A stretch of DNA of 64,000 nt, taken from a virus. The notes beneath the pieces are model-generated. The model did no database searches. It saw only the letters and a program-made list of their open reading frames with translations, and was not told the DNA's origin. This document shows, one piece after another, positions 1 through 7,486 of the stretch (within the stretch, counting starts at the first letter, position 1; each line of letters opens with the position of its first letter). The stretch is taken from IMG/VR virus record IMGVR_UViG_3300044612_002737, positions 3,206-67,205 of that record; one strand, 5' to 3'. Made by a program: the position numbers and the translations under genes.

Positions 1-23
1 TACGCAAGCGAGGGCTTACGGGT

Positions 24-54
24 GGGTACGGCCCGAAGGCGGCCGTACCCCTTG
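24..54. repeat. 31-bp hairpin repeat, copy 1 (GGGTACGGCC-N7-GGCCGTACCC-CTTG)
   Basis: Perfect 10-bp inverted repeat; 29/31 identical to 349-379; just downstream of the stop of the leftward gene 57-281. Confidence 0.85.
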
Positions 55-56
55 CG

Positions 57-281
57 TCACGCTTCGACGATCACGTCCTCGCCGTCGACGCGGTAGTCGC
101 CACGCAGGATGGCTTCGACCGCGGTGTCGGGCAGGGTAGGCCACGACGCCTTGAGGAAGTGGACACGCGCGGCCTTGTCGGTGCGCGCGCCTTTCACGTT
201 GCCGCGCCGAAGCGCGAGGATCCACAGGATAAGGCCGGGCACGTAGAACATAGGGGTAGACGAAAGGCGATACTGCGTCAC
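57..281 (-). CDS. hypothetical small protein, probably early (74 aa)
   Basis: GTG start preceded by AATGGAG RBS; followed by hairpin repeat. Confidence 0.65.
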   Translation of the reverse strand: MTQYRLSSTPMFYVPGLILWILALRRGNVKGARTDKAARVHFLKASWPTLPDTAVEAILRGDYRVDGEDVIVEA

Positions 282-348
282 TGCTTACTCCATTGACGGG
301 GGAAGTGTCCCGTCCCGATAACAGCGGCCGGGCCGTTGGCATTGGGAC

Positions 349-379
349 GGGTACGGCCCGCGGGCGGCCGTACCCCTTG
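349..379. repeat. 31-bp hairpin repeat, copy 2
   Basis: Near-identical to 24-54; just downstream of the stop of gene 383-682. Confidence 0.85.
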
Positions 380-382
380 ACG

Positions 383-682
383 CTAGACGTGCGCGCCGAG
401 ACTGAACGCGAGTTCACGCACACGTTCTACGACGTCGACCGACGTGGCCAACGTGTCAAGCGTGCGGCGCGAGTAACGCGCGCCGGGCGCGACGTGCCCG
501 CTGAAGCCACTGTAGGCGACGACGGTGTGCATGACCACACCGTCACCGTAGACCTTCACCTCAACGGGCACGACGGTGAGGCGGTACGCCTTCCGTTCCT
601 TGTCGTGCGAAAGCCACGCCTTCACGATGCGGTTGTCCGTGTCCGTGCGGAACGTGGCGACGTCTACCTTACGGTTGTCCAT
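383..682 (-). CDS. hypothetical small protein, probably early (99 aa)
   Basis: ATG preceded by AATGGAGAAAGC, same RBS context as gene 57-281. Confidence 0.75.
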   Translation of the reverse strand: MDNRKVDVATFRTDTDNRIVKAWLSHDKERKAYRLTVVPVEVKVYGDGVVMHTVVAYSGFSGHVAPGARYSRRTLDTLATSVDVVERVRELAFSLGAHV

Positions 683-791
683 GCTTTCTCCATTGCGCGG
701 CCAACGGGCGCCGCGCGATTCTTATGGGGGCTGAGAAACCGGGCGGCCCGGGGCCGTCGGCGTCGTTAGCGTTTCCGCTTCCGACATTTTC

Positions 792-846
792 AACATAGCA
801 TGCGTGTGCGTATCGTCCACTATCTGGAACGGATACCCGCACACGC
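792..846 (-). promoter_or_regulatory. putative leftward promoter (extended -10 TGcTATGTT) with upstream hairpin 802-846
   Basis: TGn-TATGTT on the minus strand at 792-800; GCGTGTGCG/CGCACACGC inverted repeat. Confidence 0.4.
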
Positions 847-859
847 CCAGTCACCCGCG

Positions 860-1025
860 GGCGCGACGCCCGACCGCCCCGACCGCCCGACCGCCCACGC
901 CCCGACGCACCCGGCCACCCCGGCGACGCCCGGCCCCTCGGCAGACGCCACAAGCTACCCCCCACCATCCCACTCGAGACCCCTCGGGGACCCCATCCCC
1001 CCACGCCTTTCCCCGGCCGAGCCAA
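860..1025. repeat. C-rich low-complexity tract with three CCCGACCG units
   Basis: Strong C-over-G skew, many C4-C6 runs, tandem units at about 867-897. Confidence 0.6.
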
Positions 1026-1160
1026 AATCACCAAACACCATACCGCTGCGGTTTAGGCTCGCAGGCCGACCTACTGCGCAGGCCCGCCCGCAAGACTACA
1101 CATGGGCCTTCACGTCTTGCCGCTGCGGTGTTACGACGGCTCGAACCCCCTAGAGGCGCC

Positions 1161-2096
1161 ATGAACATCCAAGACCTGCCGCTCCCGCTCCGTCTCCGCA
1201 ACGCCTTGTTGAAAGCCGGTTTCAAGACCGACGACGATCTGCGTGAGTGGCTCGCCGTAGGCCCCATCACCGGTGAGCCCGGCGAAACCATCCCAGGCGT
1301 CGGCGCCACCGGCATGAAGCAGCTCGAAGCCTGGGCCGCCAGCGAGGGAACCGTCGCCACGGTCCTCGAAGAGGCGTCCACGCCCGAAGAAGACATCGCC
1401 AGGGGCGCGAAGCGCCACGAAGTCGCCCAGATGGTCGACGCGGCCATGCGCGGCGGCCTCGATCAGCTCGGTCGACGCGGCCACGACGCCGCGATGAGCC
1501 GCGCCGTCGCCGAGGTCAAGCCCTGGACCACCACCATGAGCGGGCCGACGGCACGGAATACGCTGATCCTTCAGCTCGAGGCGGACATTCAAGCACGGAT
1601 CACCGCGCTTATACCCACTATCAAGGCGCTCCCGCATGTCAAGGAGCTGGGCGTCGAAGTTTCGGCGGAAACGGTGGGCCGAATGGCGCTGATTCGGGGT
1701 CTCGACGCGCTGGAACGCGCTCACAAGGGCGGAAATCAGGCCAAAACCGGCGAAAATCGCGCAGAACAGCCCGAAAATCGCGAAGATTCGCCGGTTCTGG
1801 CGCCTCCTGACGACGCCGAGGTGCTCGACACGCCCGAAGGATGGACGAAAGTCGGCCAGAACGAGGCGATTCCGGTCCCCGAGGCGGTTCTCCACGACTA
1901 CTACACCCAAAACGGGTGGAATCGGTACTGGGGACGGGTCGACGACCAGGTGATCTACTTCTACTGGAGCCCCGAGAAGCGTCTCCAGGACCTCAAGCCC
2001 TTCCCGGGGACCGACAAGAGCGGTCGACGCGTGGCCGAACAGGCCACTCCGTGGGGTCCTGGCCACGTCGTCCCCACGAAGTGGGCCAACAGCTAG
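1161..2096 (+). CDS. putative transcription regulator: RNAP alpha-CTD-like HhH domain plus RHH-like segment
   Basis: NIQDLPLPLRLRNALLKAGFKTDDDL..IPGVGATGMKQL matches the alpha-CTD pattern; GAGG before ATG 1161. Confidence 0.7.
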   Translation: MNIQDLPLPLRLRNALLKAGFKTDDDLREWLAVGPITGEPGETIPGVGATGMKQLEAWAASEGTVATVLEEASTPEEDIARGAKRHEVAQMVDAAMRGGLDQLGRRGHDAAMSRAVAEVKPWTTTMSGPTARNTLILQLEADIQARITALIPTIKALPHVKELGVEVSAETVGRMALIRGLDALERAHKGGNQAKTGENRAEQPENREDSPVLAPPDDAEVLDTPEGWTKVGQNEAIPVPEAVLHDYYTQNGWNRYWGRVDDQVIYFYWSPEKRLQDLKPFPGTDKSGRRVAEQATPWGPGHVVPTKWANS

Positions 2097-2121
2097 GTGA
2101 ATGGGGGCTGGGCTAGATGCA

Positions 2122-2155
2122 GAAAGCCCCGGAGAACCTCTCAGCGCTCCGGGGC
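2122..2155 (-). terminator. intrinsic terminator between convergent genes
   Basis: GCCCCGGAG/CTCCGGGGC stem followed by TTTCT on the minus strand. Confidence 0.55.
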
Positions 2156-2174
2156 CCCGGCCTGTCAGCCTAGA

Positions 2175-2687
2175 TCAGTCGGCGCGCACGAAGTACAGGA
2201 AGACCTGCGTCGCGGCGCTGTCGGTGCCCGTGGCCTTCGTCACGGTGAAGCGGAGGCTCTCCACGTCGGTCGCGAACGGGTCGACGGTGTCCGCGGTTTG
2301 GACGTGGGTCGACACGAGCTTCGGCGTGTTGAGCGTCGAGGCCGAGACCGCGAAGGTCTGGATCGACGTCGCCACCGCAGCGGCGCTGATCTTGCCGACG
2401 GCGTAAGTCACGTTGCCCGACGTGGTGCCCGTGCCGGCCGGGACGATCTGCGTGCCGGGCAGGATGCGGATCTTGTAGGGCAGCGAGAACGTGAACGTCA
2501 CCGCAGACGTCGTGGACCCGCCGTCAGGCAGCGAGATCTCGGCGCACACGACACCGGAGGCGTCGTAGGACTTGAACGCGACGGTCGCGTTGGCCGTCGC
2601 GGCCTGGGCCTGATGGCCGTTGAAGTGCTCGGGGATGACCTCCCCGTAGCGGATGAACTTCCGAACGATGTACCCGTATGCAGCCAT
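2175..2687 (-). CDS. putative virion structural/decoration protein (170 aa)
   Basis: AAGGAGG RBS; A/T/S/V-rich beta-type composition. Confidence 0.7.
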   Translation of the reverse strand: MAAYGYIVRKFIRYGEVIPEHFNGHQAQAATANATVAFKSYDASGVVCAEISLPDGGSTTSAVTFTFSLPYKIRILPGTQIVPAGTGTTSGNVTYAVGKISAAAVATSIQTFAVSASTLNTPKLVSTHVQTADTVDPFATDVESLRFTVTKATGTDSAATQVFLYFVRAD

Positions 2688-2722
2688 GACCTACCTCCTT
2701 GTGTCCGCCGATCCGAGCGGTA

Positions 2723-2751
2723 TTGCCCGAACCTCATGGCAGTGGTAGCAT
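2723..2751 (+). promoter_or_regulatory. sigma70-type promoter TTGCCC-N17-TAGCAT with TG extension
   Basis: 17-bp spacer; upstream of ATG 2770. Confidence 0.55.
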
Positions 2752-2769
2752 ACACCAAACGGAGTCCCC

Positions 2770-3165
2770 ATGCACGGCAGCATCCTCGTTCTCGCCAAGA
2801 AGAAGGCCGCTGGGCCGGGTGGCTACTTCGACCCGATGCAGGAGTCCGCGCCGATGGCGATGGGTCCGATGGTCTTCCAGGTCTCCGAGGGGGCCGAGAT
2901 GCCTGAGGGCGAGGACGAGGACGAGAAGGGCGAGTACGACGTCCCCACGGCCGACAAGGCGAAGGGGTCCCCGTCGATGGACCTCAAGTCCATCATCGCC
3001 GACCTGAAGGCCGCCGCGATGAAGCTCGACCAGCTCGCCATGACCGGCGAGCTCGGCACCGAGGACGAGCCGACCGGCGAGGAGCCGATGCCCGAGGCGG
3101 CCCCGGCGCCGAAGGCCAAGAAGCCCGTCCCGTCCTTCCTCCAGAAGAAGGAGATGAAGTACTGA
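2770..3165 (+). CDS. hypothetical acidic/Pro-rich protein (131 aa)
   Basis: GGAG RBS; codon usage typical of this genome. Confidence 0.7.
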   Translation: MHGSILVLAKKKAAGPGGYFDPMQESAPMAMGPMVFQVSEGAEMPEGEDEDEKGEYDVPTADKAKGSPSMDLKSIIADLKAAAMKLDQLAMTGELGTEDEPTGEEPMPEAAPAPKAKKPVPSFLQKKEMKY

Positions 3166-3341
3166 TGCCCACCTACCGCAGCGGCTACTACAGCCACCTC
3201 GACGCGATGAAGAAGAAGGCCGCGATGGAAGACGCCGAGGCCCGCGGCGAGAAGCTCGAGAAGGGCTTCAAGGTCTTCGACCCGTCCAAGCTCGAGCAGA
3301 AGCCGGTCGTGAAGGTCGCCGTCAAGATCGGCAAACACTAG
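3165..3341 (+). CDS. hypothetical basic protein (58 aa, MPTYRSGYYSHLD...)
   Basis: TGATG coupling with upstream gene; below the ORF-track cutoff. Confidence 0.65.
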   Translation: MPTYRSGYYSHLDAMKKKAAMEDAEARGEKLEKGFKVFDPSKLEQKPVVKVAVKIGKH

Positions 3342-3587
3342 CGGGTCTGAGCAACCCGCGAGACCGCGAGAGCGGTCGGCGCCCCGTAGAAGCGACGCTA
3401 CGGGGCGTCTTCATGTACGTGGAAACCGCCGGGAGAGTCACCCCTCCCGGCGGCCACCACACGTACAGCAGGAGAACCAGCAACATGCACGTCGGCGTTA
3501 GCGACCCACCTGATGACTCTCTAACGCACTACCCGCGCATGGTGGGTGTATCCGCTCTAGGCTATTCGTCGAGCGGAATCTTTACAT
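3341..3587. ncRNA. candidate structured RNA / terminator cluster
   Basis: About seven stem-loops plus a possible H-type pseudoknot between convergent operons. Confidence 0.35.
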
Positions 3588-4454
3588 TTACTTGTAGAAC
3601 TTCGACTCGTCGGCCTGGGCCGACCTGCGCATCGAGTCCATGATCTCCTTGTAGGAGCGGTTGTCCGTCTGCGTCGTCGAGGCGCTGCGGCTCGGGCCCA
3701 TGTTCATCAGGTTCATGGCGTCGGGCACCGCCTCAGCCTTCGGCGGCTCGGGCGGCGCGTGGACCGCACGCACCATCCGCACGGCCGTCTCGGGGTCCTT
3801 GCCCCCGGTCACCAGCACGCAGAAGTCGTAGAACGCCTCGTCGTTGTTGTAGACGTCGTCGGCCTCGCTCTTCAGCCAGTCCTCGACCTCGGTGACCGCC
3901 GCCTCGATCTGGCGCTCCTCGGCCTGCTTCGCCTCGTACTCGAACGCCTCGAGGCGCTGACGGAGCTCGTCGCGCTCGCGCTCCGCGGTGCCGTACTTAC
4001 CGGTCCACTCCTCAGCCGCCTTGCGGACGGACTGGTCGTACTCGTCGCGCAGCGTCTGGAACGCTGCGTCGTGGGCTGCCTTCAGGCGGTCGATCTCCGC
4101 CTGCTTCTCAGCCATCGGGTCGGCGTCACCAGTGAGCCACTTCTGGATCTTCAGCTCCTGCTCGCGCAGGGCCGCCTCGCGGCGCTCGATGTCCTTGCGC
4201 TTCGAGGCGGTGTCCTGAAACGACTTCGTGTACCCGCGCTCGAAGTTGCGGTACTTGGTCTCGAACCCACGCGACAGGGTGTTGCGCGTGGGCTCGTCCA
4301 ACCGGTTGTACCAGTCGGCCTTGGTCAACGAGTCGAGCTCGCCGTTCCAGTCGAAGACGCTCGGGGGCGCATCCTCGGCTGGCTCGGACGAAGGCTGGAC
4401 CTCGGTCTCCTGCGTCTCTGCCTGGGCGTTCTCGATCTCGGACTCGTCGATCAT
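3588..4454 (-). CDS. putative capsid scaffolding protein (288 aa)
   Basis: Acidic N-terminus, long coiled coil, downstream of portal; GAGGAGG RBS. Confidence 0.65.
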   Translation of the reverse strand: MIDESEIENAQAETQETEVQPSSEPAEDAPPSVFDWNGELDSLTKADWYNRLDEPTRNTLSRGFETKYRNFERGYTKSFQDTASKRKDIERREAALREQELKIQKWLTGDADPMAEKQAEIDRLKAAHDAAFQTLRDEYDQSVRKAAEEWTGKYGTAERERDELRQRLEAFEYEAKQAEERQIEAAVTEVEDWLKSEADDVYNNDEAFYDFCVLVTGGKDPETAVRMVRAVHAPPEPPKAEAVPDAMNLMNMGPSRSASTTQTDNRSYKEIMDSMRRSAQADESKFYK

Positions 4455-4469
4455 GTGGCCTCCTCGTGG

Positions 4470-4943
4470 CTACTTCTTCTCGGGCGTGGACGGCTCCATC
4501 GGCGGGGGTGCCGACTGGGCCTTGCTCATCGACTCGCGGGCCTTCATGTCCTCGCCCGCGCCGATGTTCTTCTCGACCTGCATCCGCAGGTTCATGTCGC
4601 TGGCGAGCATCTGGCCGATCTCCTCGGGGCTCTTGCCCGCCATCGCGGGCATCGCCATCGCGGCGTCGAGGAGCTGCTGCGCCTTCTCGAGGGACACGCC
4701 GAGCATCTCGGCGACCGCCGCAGCGCCGCCGCCCATCGCGGGCTCGGCCGCCATGCCGCCGGTGCCGGGCATCGCGCCGCTCTCGCCCTGCGTACCGGGG
4801 CTCACGCCGCCTTCCTGCTTCGCGATCATCGCGTCGATCTCCGCCATGAGCGGCTTCATGTCGCGCTCCACGGACACGCCGTCAGGGGGCGTGCCGGCGG
4901 CGGGCTTCGGGGGCATACCGCCCTGCTTCATCATCTCGGCCAT
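4470..4943 (-). CDS. hypothetical Met/Ala/Gly-rich head-module protein
   Basis: AGGAGG RBS before ATG 4943. Confidence 0.7.
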   Translation of the reverse strand: MAEMMKQGGMPPKPAAGTPPDGVSVERDMKPLMAEIDAMIAKQEGGVSPGTQGESGAMPGTGGMAAEPAMGGGAAAVAEMLGVSLEKAQQLLDAAMAMPAMAGKSPEEIGQMLASDMNLRMQVEKNIGAGEDMKARESMSKAQSAPPPMEPSTPEKK

Positions 4944-5003
4944 GTGACCTCCTATCATGGTTGAATGAAACCGGAAAGGTAGAGGAAGAACAGCGCCGGT
5001 CCG

Positions 5004-5246
5004 CTACTCGTCCTGGGGAGCGTCGTGCTGGTCCTCGAAACCCGGACCAGCGGGAACCATCTCGAAGGCGACACCGTAGTCGTTGCCCGCCATGAGCATG
5101 TACTTCTTCGGCACCTTGCGCCGCTCGCCGGTCGCGCGGTTCTCGAGGACGACGACGTCGTAGCCAGGCAGATCGCCGACGTGCCGGATGGCGCGGCTGT
5201 GCTTGCGGGCCGCGTGCTGCGCGGCCTTGACGTCGATGGGCTTCAT
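5004..5246 (-). CDS. hypothetical protein (80 aa)
   Basis: ATGA overlap with upstream gene; typical codon usage. Confidence 0.65.
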   Translation of the reverse strand: MKPIDVKAAQHAARKHSRAIRHVGDLPGYDVVVLENRATGERRKVPKKYMLMAGNDYGVAFEMVPAGPGFEDQHDAPQDE

Positions 5247-5728
5247 ACCGGGGTCCCCGGCGTGCGGACGTGTTCCTTGGGCGGCGCGACGTTCTGGCGC
5301 GCGGACCGCTGCATCACCTCGGCCTTCTTGGCCTTCTGCTCCGCGGCCGCCTCCTTGAGGACCTTCTCGTCGTTGCCGGTCGCCTTGCGCTTCTCGAAGC
5401 TGCGCTGGCGCACCGTGTCGAGGCGCGCCTGCTTCTGCGCCTTGCTCTCGCTCTCGAGCTCGATGCGGTGGCCGGGGAAGCGCTTCTCGATGACGCCCTT
5501 CATGCGGTCGAAGTCTTCCTTCGTCTCCGCCTTGCCGAGGACGCCCATGTCCACGGGGGTGAAGCTGCCGGGGCCGTGGCCGTGGACCGCGGGCGCGAGG
5601 CCGTGGCTCCAGTCGACGCGGCGGGCCGCTCCGCAGTCGGGACAGGCGGGGAAGCCCTCCGACATGCGGTAGTAGACGTTCTCGGTGGTGACCTCACAGA
5701 CGGGGCACCGTAGGTCCTGAAGGGGCAT
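5243..5728 (-). CDS. FmdB-like zinc-ribbon protein
   Basis: MPLQDLRCPVC..CPDCG N-terminus; next to portal. Confidence 0.75.
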   Translation of the reverse strand: MPLQDLRCPVCEVTTENVYYRMSEGFPACPDCGAARRVDWSHGLAPAVHGHGPGSFTPVDMGVLGKAETKEDFDRMKGVIEKRFPGHRIELESESKAQKQARLDTVRQRSFEKRKATGNDEKVLKEAAAEQKAKKAEVMQRSARQNVAPPKEHVRTPGTPV

Positions 5729-5737
5729 GGTGGTCTC

Positions 5738-7486
5738 CTATTGACGAAGGGGCGACGGGCCGCCACCGGCGAGGCTCGCCTCGGGGGGCGCCTCGCCACC
5801 GGCAACGGCGGTCTCGTTGGCGGGAAGCTCCGGCGGTGCGCCACCGGCGAGAGCCGCGAGCTCGGGAGGGATGCCAGGGGGCAGGCCCGCGGGGGCCCCG
5901 CCGCCCTGAGCGGCTTCCATCTGGGCCTGCATCATCATGGCGGCCTGCTGCTCCTGCGCCTCGATCTCTTCCTTGGGCACGAGCAGGTTCGTGGAGAGGC
6001 CGACGCTGTTGACCAGCTCCTCGATGAGGCGGCGCTTGTCGATGTTCGGGTCCTGCATGAGGACCGGGAACAGCTTGAGCAGCGTCTCGGACATGACCGA
6101 CGGGTTCTGGCGGATGGGGTTGTAGGACACCATCTGGAAGTTCACGTCGACATCGCGGATGTCGGCGAGACCGACTTCCTGCCAGCCCTCGTGCCCGCTG
6201 ACCTTCACGAGCTTCTCTTCCTGCATGTACTTCTTGCTGAGGAAGAAGCACTTCTCGGCGACGTCCTCGAGGGCGCTGTTGATGTGGCCCTCGCGCGTCG
6301 CGAGGCGGGTCCGCATCTGCGCGTCGATGATCGCCATCTCCGTCGCAGTGCGGGCGCCGGCCACCTGACCGCGGGCCGCCTCGGCGAGGGCCGAGATGAA
6401 CGCTGCGTCGCCTTCCTGACGGGCGATGAAGTTCTCGACGCCGACCGGGACCTGCGGGATGGGCATCTCGTAGAACAGCGTGCTGAGCGTGCGCAGCCCC
6501 TCAGCGTTCGTCGGGCTGATGGGCACGAAGCTGCCCGTCGCCGACTCAACCGCCTTGTTGAGGTCTTCCTCGGTGATGAGCTCGCTGTTGAACAGGATAC
6601 GCGGGATCATCAGGTAGACGATCTGCTTCATGTGCGTGAGCAGGTCGTTGATGGTCTCCTGCTGGTTCAGAACGAGCTGGACCTCGGAGAGACCGAGGCA
6701 GTCCACCGCGCTCTGGTTCAGCGTGAACATCGAGTACGGGATGTACTCGAGCTCCTGCTCGAACACGATGGCGTCGGCCTGCCGCACGTAGTGGATGACC
6801 TTGTTGCTCTCGCGGTCGTAGTACTCCCACACCGTGACCCACTCGAACGCGTCGCGGAGCTGCGCCGCGTCGTTCGCCTTGTAGGTGTCGGTGATCCACT
6901 TCGGGTAGCGGTCGGGCGTGACGTCCGCGAGCTTCGGGCTCTTGTACGCACCGCTCTGCACCCGACGCTGAAACTCGGTCCACGGGATCACCGCGGCCTC
7001 GAGCCAGTAGCGGATGTCGTCAACGTCACGCACCGTCTGGTCGAAGAAGATGGCGCCCGGCTCGAGGACCCGCACGATGGGGCGGTCCGCCGCCTTGTCC
7101 CAGCCGACCTTGAACACGCCGCGCTTGCAGAGCACAGCGTCGATGAGCGCGGTCGCCGCGCGCCGGCGCATGTTGTTCACGTCGAAGACGTACTCCATCA
7201 GCCCGTTCACCAGGGGCAGCGCGTCCTGGCTCTCACGGTTGCGGGGGTTCGCCGCGACCTTCGGGTTCGGCCCGAGCAACGCGCTCACCGCCGTGTCGGC
7301 GATGGCGTAGATCATGTTCTTCGAGCAGAGGAACGAGGGGATCGCGCCGTCGGCCAGGTTGATGTCGTTGCGAGACGTGTAGAAGTCGCCGCGGTAGTAC
7401 CGACGCGCCTTGTCGAAGTTCTTCTTCTCGGAGCGCTCGTAGTAGCGCTTGTGGCGGTCGATCAGGTTGGCGAGGTTCATGACCAC
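5738..7486 (-). CDS. portal protein (582 aa)
   Basis: Follows TerL; GVFKVGWD, VTVWEYYD, RTATE motifs and Q/A/P-rich tail typical of podoviral portals. Confidence 0.85.
   Translation of the reverse strand: MVMNLANLIDRHKRYYERSEKKNFDKARRYYRGDFYTSRNDINLADGAIPSFLCSKNMIYAIADTAVSALLGPNPKVAANPRNRESQDALPLVNGLMEYVFDVNNMRRRAATALIDAVLCKRGVFKVGWDKAADRPIVRVLEPGAIFFDQTVRDVDDIRYWLEAAVIPWTEFQRRVQSGAYKSPKLADVTPDRYPKWITDTYKANDAAQLRDAFEWVTVWEYYDRESNKVIHYVRQADAIVFEQELEYIPYSMFTLNQSAVDCLGLSEVQLVLNQQETINDLLTHMKQIVYLMIPRILFNSELITEEDLNKAVESATGSFVPISPTNAEGLRTLSTLFYEMPIPQVPVGVENFIARQEGDAAFISALAEAARGQVAGARTATEMAIIDAQMRTRLATREGHINSALEDVAEKCFFLSKKYMQEEKLVKVSGHEGWQEVGLADIRDVDVNFQMVSYNPIRQNPSVMSETLLKLFPVLMQDPNIDKRRLIEELVNSVGLSTNLLVPKEEIEAQEQQAAMMMQAQMEAAQGGGAPAGLPPGIPPELAALAGGAPPELPANETAVAGGEAPPEASLAGGGPSPLRQ

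Noticed and set aside
804-1160. N-terminal extensions in the ORF track (804, 9375, 16112, 41914, 44301, 45208, 48282, 54054)
   Set aside because: Extensions overlap neighbouring genes or promoters; downstream starts have an RBS or stop-start coupling
3509-3530. CTGATGA(CTC) as a hammerhead core or fluoride riboswitch 3' end
   Set aside because: No stem II followed by GAAA, and no 5' GGnGATGG..TCnCC element
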